In this document: piece by piece, positions 36,711 to 48,468 of the stretch
Layout: the number at the start of each line of letters is the position of its first letter
How positions within the stretch are numbered: the stretch's first letter is position 1
Assembly (NCBI RefSeq): GCF_003704095.1
Contig: NW_020847627.1
Span: forward strand, 124,001 to 188,000
Origin: Pocillopora damicornis
Taxonomy: Eukaryota
DNA length: 64,000 nucleotides
Direction: 5' to 3'
Translations under genes and position numbers: made by a program
The notes under the pieces: model-generated
What the model saw: the letters and a program-made list of their open reading frames with translations, nothing else
The model's database searches: none
What the model was told of the DNA's origin: nothing

Positions 36711-37748
36711 CTGAACCAGGAATGGTGAATTCGAAGCCCTTAGGGATAGAGGGCCGGATAGGAAAGAAAATTTTTTTTCCTTCCCTCATTGGCGGCATTC
36801 ATAAAGGATTTCACTTTAAATGAAAAATATGTTACCTATAATTTGTTATAAATTGCAACCTCTACGCATATTCAAAGAATATAGAAAGATTAATTGGATG
36901 GGATGTCCAATGGAAAACGCAACTTTCTGAAAGGAAAAGGATGGACATTTTTATTTTATAAAGTATCAACCAATAGTAATGTGAACTCTGTTTTAATTGA
37001 ATACAAGACAAAAGAGGGGGCAAAATCGACGCACGTGTCAGAACATCAAAGGTATCCAGTCACTTCGTAACGGCGGTCCTCTCGTACCCAAATGCAGTCG
37101 ATTCGTGCCCAAACCACTAACCAGTTCTAACTTGTTGTTACACCTCCAAATATACATTAATTCTAAATACCTTACGTGCGAGTGCGTGAACAGATGTTAA
37201 TGATGCCTACAAAAATCAATTAGAGTCAAGCGAGTATTAAAGATACAAAAATAATTATGTTGTGTGTACTTGTAACCGTATTGCTTAGCGCGAAGTAAGT
37301 GTGATATTTTTTTCAGAAAAGTCTATTGTTTATACTTGTGATAACAGCTCGTGTAAGTGAGATATTAATTCTCCTGTTGTTGTCAACAGAAACAATTTCG
37401 TTTCTTCTAATTAAAAATTAATTTGTAGAAACGAGAACTAGCCATTATAAGGGAAGAAAAAGAGGATTAAAAAAATTGTGCTTTTGAAAAAGAGATGCAT
37501 CCACAGGAAATATTTATAGCCAGGTTTCTCCTACTCTTTGTAATACCAAATTGATGGTCAAGATGAAAAAGAATGACGGGAAATTCCCTTGCTTTGAAAC
37601 CTTGCGTCCTTAAGGTCGAAAACTTCGGTGAGTTTTTTTTTAAAATCACAGAGCGTTTTGTTGTTGCTATATAGATGCCGTTCGTTTATCAATTATGATA
37701 GTTCGATCAAATAACATCTCTATCGTTTAAATCTTTACCTGCTTAAAT

Positions 37749-37969
37749 GACTGTGAGTATATGAAAGTCGTATATGTGAATTGCGGATTGTGAAATGAAT
37801 AGGAAAGTGATCTTCCCAATAATGAACACTACTAAAACAGGAGTGAAAATATGGCCTGGAAATAACTCAGGCCTGTACGGGATTTTAACCCATGACCTCT
37901 ATCATACTGGTGCGGTGCTCTACAAACTGAGCTAACAAGCCAACTGTGAACTGGTCATTTTGTTGGTTC
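37749..37969 (-). mobile_element. tRNA-derived SINE
   Basis: Minus strand TAGCTCAGTTTGTAGAGCACCGCACC...GGGTTAAAATCCC (A-box, degenerate B-box), then an AGGCCTGA..TCAGGCC hairpin and tail. Confidence 0.7.
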
Positions 37970-38603
37970 TTACTAGACGAATTTCTCTTCTTACTTTTGC
38001 CTTATTTGACTGTCAAAGACAAATAACTTATCTTGTTTTCTAGAGTTCATTGCTGGATTCATTTATCCTTGTAGATCAGGAAAAAAATAAGAGCCTGTAG
38101 ATGTAACTTAAGTGTCTGTAAGTATCGAGGAATGTGGAGAAGAAGTTCTCCAGGTCACCAGGCCATGGGCGTCACTGAAACACAGTGAACTTCAAGTTCC
38201 AAAATTATCTTGGCAAAATAGCAACCATATCTAGCGGATCAGTTCAGAAATGCAAGATTTAGCGGCATTTCGAAGGCTTCTCAAGTAAAATACGCTAAGA
38301 AAGGATGGAACGGTATACACCATGCAAGACTGTTTTCCCTTCGGAGAGGGAAAGAGCAATTTTACGTTGCCTCTTTTGATCAAATTCCCGGTTTTGTCAT
38401 TTATTTGTTTCATCTAAGAGAGCTGTCGAATTTTCAGATGATAAAGTGATTTAACTCAAAATGGTTTAACTCTCATTCAGGTAGAAGGTCTTTTATGACC
38501 AGTTTCAGCTGTTTAACAAGTAACCTCCCACCACATTTCCACTGCATCTCAAAAGCACCAAGGAACAGAAATCCGGTCATTAGTTGGTCGACACTATCTT
38601 CAG

Positions 38604-39557
38604 TCAACCGAGGGGCTCATTGCTCGCACTTACTTTAATTACCGAGGAATTTTCAGGCAGTTTTGTTCCAGCTACCACTTTTCTGGATCTTATCGATCTT
38701 CTTGGTTTGATATGTAGGAAAGATTTTATTTCTTGCAACCTCGTTTTCAGGCCCATTTTAAACAAAGGCATTCGAAAGCAATAAATTATTGGGTTCACCA
38801 AAGATTGTACCGCAAGTAGGAGCGTTGCACACATGAAATACCAACCAGAAAAGTGGTCACAACTTTTGCACAACAGGAAGATTGGCTTACAGGTCATGGG
38901 AATTCCCCACGTAACCAAGAAAACTCCCGTGACCAGCAATAGAGTTAGGGCCAATGATCTGTCTTGTCTGGCTGCTGTGCCGATTCTGCACTGTCCTCTG
39001 CGTCGAAGAGTTATCCAAATGCGTAAATAACAAGTAGATGTAATTATAACTATCACAAACAGCGCAGCTGGCTGCAAAAAAGGAGAAAACTTGGAAACCT
39101 TATCTCGCCGATAAATAGAAAGAGTGGTGTTGCCCATCGAAAAGATCCAGATTGCCAGAACAGCTACTTTGTAAGCTTTGCTATTCATCAGTTTGTGACG
39201 TATCGGCCAAACCACTGAATACATCCTCTCCACTGCAATCACACTAAGAGTAAACAGACAAGCGGATTTCGTGAACGTGATCATTACACTTGACACAATA
39301 ATAGAGATAGGCGTTGGATTGAATATGGAGAAGATGAGTGATGGTATTCCCAGGAGTCCATAAATAAGATCAGCAACAGCAAGATTGACAACCATCATGT
39401 GTTTCCGATTCCTGAGCAACGGATTCTTAATGAAAGTATGCAGCAACAAGGTGTTAACTAGCACGACAATGAAACTCATTGTAGCGGAAACTGTACCCCA
39501 AAACTTCCAAATAGATGATCCCAATCCAAAAATCTCTGCAGCTCGGTAGTAATCCAT
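38604..39557 (-). CDS. Class A orphan GPCR 6, 317 aa, K3.36 group (inverted paralogue of GPCR3/4)
   Basis: 7TM; RKHMMVVNLAVADL, IAVERMYS, TWGIP, ECL3 CKSC, QSLVNPIIYCFRMP; acceptor cttttgtgacag 15 nt before the ATG. Confidence 0.95.
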   Translation of the reverse strand: MDYYRAAEIFGLGSSIWKFWGTVSATMSFIVVLVNTLLLHTFIKNPLLRNRKHMMVVNLAVADLIYGLLGIPSLIFSIFNPTPISIIVSSVMITFTKSACLFTLSVIAVERMYSVVWPIRHKLMNSKAYKVAVLAIWIFSMGNTTLSIYRRDKVSKFSPFLQPAALFVIVIITSTCYLRIWITLRRRGQCRIGTAARQDRSLALTLLLVTGVFLVTWGIPMTCKPIFLLCKSCDHFSGWYFMCATLLLAVQSLVNPIIYCFRMPLFKMGLKTRLQEIKSFLHIKPRRSIRSRKVVAGTKLPENSSVIKVSASNEPLG

Positions 39558-39929
39558 GATTCTATTGGATTTCTGTCACAAAAGATAAAACCTTGTCTTG
39601 GTTTTTTTTTAAGTACGTACATTGAAACGATGTTTGCTGCAAATATCATGAAATCATTCAAACAAAGGGTTTTTTGATAATTTCCCCAGCTTATCACCCT
39701 ATTTAAAAAATTGACATCTCTTCATTTCGCATCGTTTTCTCGAAATGAAAAAATGCCCTAATGAAAGGTTGTTAAAGCGGACAAAGAGTTAAAAAAGAGG
39801 GAAATTAACAACCATTTTCGAGGGGTTTTAAATCTTCTGAGTACCATTCAACAAAGTACCAATTTATTTCCCATTCTTCTACCATTCAATACGTTGTAAT
39901 TCTATGGCAAAGATAGTCACTGCAATTAA

Positions 39930-40178
39930 GGCCCTGTCCATACGTTTATGGATATTTTTGAAACCGCAACTTTTACGATGCTTATTTCAATACATTGACG
40001 TCCCCTAGTAAAGTTTTCGAATCGTTTTAGTGCACACGACGCTGTTTATAATGCGTATTCAAAACAAAATCCACGCCGGAAAGCGTTAAAAAATTTGCGG
40101 ATTTTTCAACCTTATTCACCGGATACGTGCGCACGGAAGGCCAATCCGCAACAATAGAGTTGCGTTTTCAAAAAACAT
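39930..40178. mobile_element. Degenerate Harbinger-like MITE, right end truncated
   Basis: TAA|GGCCCTGTCCATACG left end; GATATTTTTGAAACCGCAACT is mirrored by AGTTGCGTTTTCAAAAA near 40158-40175. Confidence 0.55.
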
Positions 40179-42166
40179 TCTTAGTCTTAGCCCTTAGCCC
40201 TTCCAAGCCTTAGTCCTTGGAAATTTTGATTTTTTAATTCCTCAGCTCCCATTTAATTAAAGCGAACCTTACTTTTTTTTGCTTATCATACAGACATGAG
40301 AAAATACGAATATGATCTTAAGCATTACCCTAAACAACACGATTAATGTGATGACCGAAAGTTTTCTACCCTGAACTAAAACCGTATTTTTCAAAAGTTT
40401 TCACACATCACGAGGTATCCACTTTGAAGTCATCATTTAATTTAAGGTAATACAACTTTTCGCTAATCGTTCTAAGTCGATAAGTTCAATCCATGATTTC
40501 AATCCCGAACTGCTTATATAATGACCACATAAAATTAATTTTTACTGGATATTAAAGGTAAGAAATGTGCGGCAAACCTTGTTTAGTTTGTATTCCTCTG
40601 ACAGATCAAAATGTAGTAAACAACCTCTCTAAGACTAAGCAGAACAGGCTTGATTTCCATTAAGGTCAGTGATAATTATATTGGAGCAAGAGATTCTAAT
40701 CTTTTGATTGGTGGCAAAGTGTAATAGAGGAGTGATTTACGTAAACGATTGTTATTATATTCTGAATTGCAGATTCACTCTAAACATTTCAAAGTCTAAC
40801 TTTTTGTGGGAGGGGGGGAGGGAGGGGAGGGAGAGAGAAGAGAGTTAGTGAGTTTAGCCAAACCCCGCTTAATTTCACAACACAAGTTAAACACCGTTTA
40901 AATGAAAAGCACTGATCATTTCGCACAAGAATACAGCTATAGCTTTATTGCTTTTCAGAACAATTTAGTGTTTCGCCATGATTTCAAAATCAAATCGGAC
41001 ATCTCAACTGTTCGAAGTATGAAAAAATGATCAAAAACTGAATTTGAACCAATATTGTTTTTGTCCTTCATATTTTATTTTGAACCCCAAAAGAAGCAAG
41101 ATTTAGAAATATACACTAAAAATGTTTTAAATAAGGGAACAAAGACCAGCAATTTCACTGATTATCTATGAATGATTTTTAATTTCAGCTGTTCTTGAGA
41201 AATCGTATTGTTCTATTTAAATGGTTTGTGATAGACGCGTTTGAGCAATCATTAAAATTCATAAATTTTGCTGAGATGAGTTTGAAAAAAGGCGCCGTTG
41301 AGAGTATGAAATCAATTTGTCGAGGAAACAAATATGCCAGTGCTTCAAAAAACAGCGGGACATCTTGAAGAACGACTGCGGAATTAAAAAGGTAGTAAAG
41401 AAGTTGGTTAAACAGTTCTTGTGGCGAGTCCAGGTCACCACTTAAACGACGCCAGCCTCACAGGGCAATTACAAAGCTTAAAATTTGGTCGGGTTAGGAG
41501 GTGAAAACTTTGCTCTTCTTGATCTTAGCTCTGATTGATGGGAAGCAACGCCGACGCAAGTTCGGGCTCAGCAACTTAAACCGCAAGCTGTACCTTTTTA
41601 TCAATTATCCTTTGATAAGTGAACATCGTTATGAACCGTTATTCGGCCACATTTATTGGTAAAATTAAGCATCCATCAGACATGTCAAAAGCTTACGTTT
41701 GAATTGAAGAATCGAGAAGAATTATATTTGCAAGACTCACTCTGCAGTCAAGCCAAAAGTTTGGCTCAAGTAAAGTTTAGTTTTACGATTGAAAACTGTC
41801 TTCTGACCGAGGCAGATAAGATCATTTTTAGTGTTCAAAAATGTGTTATGATTGGTTATATTGTTGCTTTTTTTTAAGGGCGCACACTCAGCTCTTTTGA
41901 ATGTTTCTATTAGACATGCTGTGCTGAAGCACTTACTTATATTAAAAAAGAGAATATAAGGAAACCTCAACATTGCAAAGTCCTCACAGGTTTTTCGTGC
42001 CTGTGATCTTGTTACAAACGTGAATTATAACCAAGTAATATATCAGTCTCAATACTTGCTTATCGCTATATGCTGATGCCGCTGAGGACATTCGCCTCGA
42101 GACCTGTTCGAAAACCTTAGCGTTTCAGTAAAACGCGTTTGAGACATTGTAAAAGATCAGTTACAA

Positions 42167-43078
42167 TTAATTTTTTCTGGTGTAGCGATATCTCGGTATT
42201 CCAAGACAGTCATAAGTAAGGATTTTCTTTACAGTTCTATGAAGTGAACTGATGGTATAGAAATAAAATCCGAGCATTAAAATTGATTTCAGATACAAAA
42301 CGATTCTAACACTGTACAGAAACATTATGGAAACAGGGACACAAAAGTTACAAAATTTATAATATGTAAAACCTGTATAAGGTAAGGCCCATAAAACTAC
42401 ATAAACAGCACATGATGCTATCACTGATTTTACAATTTTTTTGTCTTCGTCGCGATCAGTTTCACGCACTTTGCCATACAGCTGAGAAACCATTACCACT
42501 GTGCACGTGAAGATAAGGAAGAGGGCGGTTATAGCGAGTAGACCAACTGCTAAGTAGAAGTAAACGAAGAATGAAACGTAATCCATTAGACATGCAACAT
42601 TAAAGGCCACAGCACCACCAGCAATAAACGTCGAGCCCGCGATGACGAGATAAAAATTGCGCTTTTTAGGATAACCTGCGTACCGAGTCGGGGACCTGAA
42701 TGTTGAACGTAATGCTTGTACTGATAGAGCCACGAGAATGCCGGCTGAGCCAAACCCAGAGGCACAGTCAGATGCTTCATAGATGTAAAAGCTGTAACTT
42801 GGCCAGTTAGTCATGTTGTACAAGAAGGTTGGTATCGATGCCAGTCCCACCACAAGATCAGCGCAGGCGAGGTAGCCCAGGAAGTATCTCTGATGGTATA
42901 GTAGCGATTGATTTGTAATAAAGGCTCGCACCATGAGGTAGTTAACGGTCAAAATGGCGAGACACACAATGGAATAACACACCACTAGGATTATCAGCTG
43001 GTATGTTTCCATGCCTGGATCCTGGTTAAAGGTGCTATTGACAGATCGCAAATTTGGGGTGACTCGTGTGACGTTCAT
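42167..43078 (-). CDS. Atypical class A-like 7TM receptor 7, 303 aa, lacking E/DRY and NPxxY
   Basis: Intact ORF with 7 hydrophobic segments. VN (TM1), LACADLVVG (TM2), D3.32, WALP and ECL3 CNFC are retained; TM3 end is SVQALR and TM7 end is KSILMLGFY. Acceptor cgtttcag 1 nt before the ATG. Confidence 0.88.
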   Translation of the reverse strand: MNVTRVTPNLRSVNSTFNQDPGMETYQLIILVVCYSIVCLAILTVNYLMVRAFITNQSLLYHQRYFLGYLACADLVVGLASIPTFLYNMTNWPSYSFYIYEASDCASGFGSAGILVALSVQALRSTFRSPTRYAGYPKKRNFYLVIAGSTFIAGGAVAFNVACLMDYVSFFVYFYLAVGLLAITALFLIFTCTVVMVSQLYGKVRETDRDEDKKIVKSVIASCAVYVVLWALPYTGFTYYKFCNFCVPVSIMFLYSVRIVLYLKSILMLGFYFYTISSLHRTVKKILTYDCLGIPRYRYTRKN

Positions 43079-46000
43079 ACTGAAACGATAGATACACAGT
43101 AAAGAATAAATTAACTTTTAAGAGGTGGACTTCTGAGGCCATTCGAGTCCGCAATCACCTTCTTGACCATATTCAACCCTAGGGGACGAAAAGATGAGCA
43201 AGATTGAAGTATTTATCATATATCCAATGAACTGCCTAAATAAACACGAACTATTTAAATTACACCAGAGGCGTTCCCTTTTGACTCTAATCGGTTCAAC
43301 TTTAAAAATGCTAATAGTTTTTGCAGCAACAATCTCTCTTGAAAACTTTCTACCATTTCCAGGTTAGGTTCCCTTAGCATGAAACGAGTAAACGGGCGAT
43401 CAATGAACGGAGGAAGTGATAAGGAGTAGATGGATTGATAGCCCAACAACTGAATAAATGGATAAATGATCGATAAATAATTGTAGCTGCTCATAAGTCA
43501 GTAGATGACTCAATGGAAGAAAACGATTCAAAAGCAGTTGACTAACATGGATAAACAAATGTCCTTTTTTTTCTTAGATGCTGGTCGAATTCGGAATGAG
43601 CAGTATGGATTAAGTTGTGTTGCTAAAGGTTTTTCCTCAGCGAGAAGCATGATTTTGTTTTATTTTTTGCGAATATTTTCTGGCTCTATTCTCCAAATAA
43701 AGATATCGAGGAAAAGAAATGAATGACCGATTCTCTTGAAAATTAATTGCTATTACCTTTTTCTGGATTATTTGAAAGGAAAATTGTCAGAAGCTCGATG
43801 AGCCCAGTCAGAAATGGTTTGTGACTTCCTTTAACACTTGAAAACCAACAACATCAATTTCAGCCTGTCAGATGCAAATATAAGTATCAAATAAAATTGT
43901 AAGGGAGTGTTTGATCATTAAAAACAAACCTTATTGCAATGAATTTCTTATGTGGAACATTCGCGAGAAAAGTTGAAAGATGAAAGGAGAACCATGCCGA
44001 GATGTCATTTTATTATTTTTGCTAATAAATATTTCAAAAGAGACTCTAAAAGATTGCAAGTAAGCTTGACGAAAAAAATTGTTTTGAAGCAAGCTTAATT
44101 AAAAAACATAGAAAACTTCCTGTCCTAATAACAAACAAAATGAAAAATTATTTCCCCTCAACTAGCGCAATTGAATGTCATAGTCTCGAAAATAATGTAA
44201 AACTTTACTAATTGAACGTCCAAAGAGCATCATACAGGCCATGATTTATGTGAAAGTGCATAATTCAAGATCCCACTTACAGCTGTATAGCTCTCATTGT
44301 GATGCATAGTGGCTTTGGGTATTTTCATTGGAGGGTGAACTTAGACGCTTAATTGAATTTTAGACCATGAAATCAAGATGATTCCAAAAGTTAAATTTTC
44401 TGTCTTGAGTAGTGACTGTTAGAATACAAATATGTATATATCGTACTTTTTTTTTAAGTAAATAGCGCTTTCAACTCCTTTCACATTAAGATTGGCACCT
44501 GACGGGATTCCTTTTTGAAAATTCATTGATCACTGGCAGAAGACAACAGCAGGATTCAACGCTTTTCAAAAATCTTTTCAAGACGCTGATAAAAAATTTA
44601 TTGTGTGCATAGGTTAGATTGATTGGTTGAATTGAAATGAGTCTGGCGTATAGTTTTTGAGAAGCAAATACTCTTATGTCCATGCACCTGAAAGCTTATT
44701 GCTAAGATCATCAAGAAATCAGATAAAACTAGTCTGGCTTGAATCCCTCGCTGTATCGAACAATTAAATTTTTATGGATCATAATTGGGATTTGACCCAA
44801 ACAATTTTAATTCTGTAAAGCCAATATAATAAAGAATTAATTAGGCAGGTAATCATTTTCGTTTGCTCTCAGGTCACAAAAACGTACCAGAGTAAATATG
44901 GAATACTCGAGAAAAGTTGCTTATAATACCAGATATATGATCTACCAAAGTTTCTTGCTCACATTGAAAAACCGAAAAAAAAATCAAAATTGCAAATCTG
45001 TCGATGGATGTGGAGTTTTGAATACCATAAATCGAACGATCATTCACAACTATTTACTTTTCTCCACGGTATTCGAAATATCTTTCGGTTGTATTGACTG
45101 TATTAGAAGCCTATGCTCACGGTACTTTTCCCCCGTGACTTCGTGAGAACTGCACTTCATATCCTTTAATCCAAAGGTTTTAAATTCTCAGAATCGGTCT
45201 CGGGAAACTCTGAATGTTTCAAGATTTGTTAATCGATCTTGCGTGCAAAATTACTACTTTGAGTGTCTCGGTTTCTTGGCGAGTTTGAGTTCCCATTCTA
45301 GACCCCTATAAATCATTCAATAAGTCGGAAATATCTAGTGATATAGCACGTACTTGAATTTTGGTCGATTAGATTCGCTTTCCAGTGTAGTGTTTCCTGT
45401 TTTCTTTTTCTTGATCCTTCGAAGAGTTCAAGCTTCCTTGCTGCTTCTTGTGTCACGCTGGAGCATCGCCAAATGATGAACTTCAAGGATTAAGTAGTCT
45501 TGCTAATTTACATTGACGCTGGCGATGTTTATTTGCATACACTGTGACCAAGCTTCGACTTTTGTTTTCAACCCCACGGTATTTATACAATCCTTTGTCT
45601 TAAGTATCTCAAGCAGTTTTGGTTGGTCACCTGAATGTAATCAGATCTGATTTACAATTATTATTGAAAACCGGTCTAATTTTTCAACGGAATTTTTCGC
45701 TGTCTTTATGTAGTTTTGTTTACAGTTAATTATTACTGTTTTTACGTACACCGTACCGAAAATTTTTGGCAGGGTTTTCCCGTTTCTTCGCTGGTTTGTG
45801 TTTAATATTTCGAAAACCTAGATTATATTATGCGTTCTTAACTTCAGTCAAATCTGAGAGTTCGGAAGGCATGGAGCGTACACCATAATTCCTTCTAGAA
45901 CATTCTCTCTTTTACCATTCAGCACGGCACAAATTATTTTGTTTCATTTAGAGTTTTTTGTTTTCTGGTAAGAATATATTACCCTGGATTTAAAAATTTC

Positions 46001-47402
46001 AAAGTTGACTTAACCCTTAGAAGCTTGCACACCGAAAATTTTTATATCCTGCAATCTTCTGAATTCATAATTTCTGAGATATCTGAGGTAATGGTATATT
46101 CCAGCTGGGATTTCAACAGAGAGCGATCAAGAGTGAAATTTTTGGAGAAAAACAATTGATGTAAGTGGATGATTTTAACCAAAGCGCAGCTTTGAATTAA
46201 GAAAAATCAGCGTGAGTGATGTATCATCGAGACAATCTGTAAACGACTTCCGTTAGTGACGGCTGGATTCGAAGTAAATCAACCACAGTCTAGAACCACT
46301 AAAGGTTTTTTTCATTTAGACAAAACCGGAACTGGAAACCAGCCGCCGAACCTTTCAAGGTTGGAGGCATGTTTTCTTTCCCCATCTCCAGCCAATCATT
46401 CTTCGTTCCAGTGGAATTTTTAGATGCTTAGGCTAATAGGGGAGTGATTTTTGATTCAATAACAGCAAATCTCGGCATTGCACGAGCCCAATTACCTTAC
46501 GAGCCCTTACGTACCTAGAATATACTAATACTCTAAGCGTGCTTTCGAAGTGTGTTATAAAAACTCAGGCAAATTGCACAATATTTTTGCAAGCCTACTT
46601 TTATAAAATTACAGTTGCTTAATGACTTAAGAAATCTCTTCAACAAGACACCATGTAACACCTGCACCAGGTAGGCCATGAAGTTCATGAAGTTCTGGTC
46701 CGGTGGTCAGATTGTTAAGGTTGTAAATCACACACTGACTTTGCTTTTCATCAGGAAGAGAAAGAATTAGCTGCAATGGCGAAAAAGTTGTACTAATTGT
46801 TTTATCGTACAACGCAGTTCTCGAGCCATTCGACTAAACTTCTGTCATTATGGTTAAGGAGCAACATGCTGAGTAGTAGAGTTGGGATCATCTTTCTCTT
46901 TTGGGAGATACCTCTCACTGGCCTATTGCCAGGTATCAACTTCACATTTCACCGATAATGACGGAAAAAGGAAATCAAAGTGATACTATGGTGAACTCGT
47001 AGATAAACTGTGAAAAATATCATGTAAACGATGGTATTCTGTTGAATCTTGTACCGTTAACTTGAGTCGAATCAAAACGTTAGACCAGGAAGTGGCAGTT
47101 GTAGAGAGGTGGCCGTAAGTGAAGGGGCGACCTTGAAATTAGTGTCGTAGTTAGCGAAAGATTCCACGTCGCCTGGCATATGTTTAGGAAAAAAGGCAGC
47201 ATATGAGGCGCACAGATGCTCGAAAGCACCACGTACGTCAGAGCAGTGATCTAACAATGAACAGACACACGGCAACATTAAATCTATTTTTGATTTATAT
47301 AACAAAGAAACACGAGAAGTTGATAAGGACGTCCATTGTGTCTGCCCTCCGATATTTCATTAGTAAGAATCAATCAAAAAACTTATGAATTCAGCTTATC
47401 AT

Positions 47403-47597
47403 TTGACCCTTTAATTATCAAGATTTGATTATTAATGCTCTCCTCCAGCTGCGACACATTTTCTTATAAATCGGTTACGAGAATTTGGCGTTCAATCAAG
47501 ATAAGTTTGCGTAATCTCACTACCTGTTTGCTGGATAATCTATAGATACTGTAGGGAGAAGTTACAAGTTAATCACCTCTGGGACTTAAAGGTGTAA
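47403..47597 (+). mobile_element. TTAA-type MITE, related subfamily, degenerate
   Basis: TTGACCCTTT...AAAGGTGTAA ends and internal similarity (GAGAATTTG, ATCAAGA, GGAGAA...TCACCTCTGGG) to 19324-19521. Confidence 0.5.
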
Positions 47598-48258
47598 TTA
47601 TGGAAGGACAGCGATTGGCGAAAAAATCCAGGTCATGCCAACATCCATTTTCTTAGCCCGTTGGACGAATTAAAGGACGCATTAGAGAAAAAAAACTAGG
47701 CTATGGAACTATAATATGCATAATCAATATTATTTAAAAAAAAGGAAACATCACCTACGTACATTGTAATCTTATTTTTAATTCAGATAAGTCAAAGTAA
47801 TATTTCATCATAACAGTACCATTGCACTCCATTATTACCGTTACGTTGTCGAATTCAATAAATTTACAAAGTTAAAATCGTATATACTATAATTCAATTC
47901 TAATACATTTCAAAAAATTGAAGCATACCTTGACACTCATGTTTCAAACTTATTTCGAAGATAGAGGAAACAGTATGCTGATCCTCCCCTTGATCAAAAC
48001 AGCTGAGCGGTGAAATTTATGATGACAAATTAATTACTCCAAAAATATCATTAAACATATAAATTTTAAAGCTTTGCAACCAAAAATTGCTTAATATGTC
48101 TTTTTCCTCCTCGGTCTAAAACTTGGAGGGTAGACAAATTCTCAGCACTAACATGTGTTAGAATGATATTTTAGCTACATTGCTACGGCTATGTACATTA
48201 AGCCATGTATATTTTGATTTCACTTAGCGAGGCCAACCGTCTAACTTCCCGTGTACAT

Positions 48259-48468
48259 TTAGCCTTAGACCCCTAAGAGTGACCAGCATCTAAATTCTCC
48301 TCGCTGTAATACTCCTGAATCATATACTGAGGTCACGAGAATAAAGGAAATGATCTCCAACTAGAGTAGCTCTTGATTGATAAACAAATTCTCCTTGTCA
48401 GCACCTTAGGAAGTGTATAGTGACCAGAAAGGAGGATATGCATACTGATGTCAGGGTGAAAAGGATAA
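48259..48468 (-). mobile_element. TTAA-type MITE, same family as 19324-19521
   Basis: Reverse-complement homology to 19324-19521 over about 200 bp. Confidence 0.7.

Noticed and set aside
37860-37935. Functional tRNA gene
   Set aside because: Degenerate B-box and embedding in a SINE body; no convincing cloverleaf.
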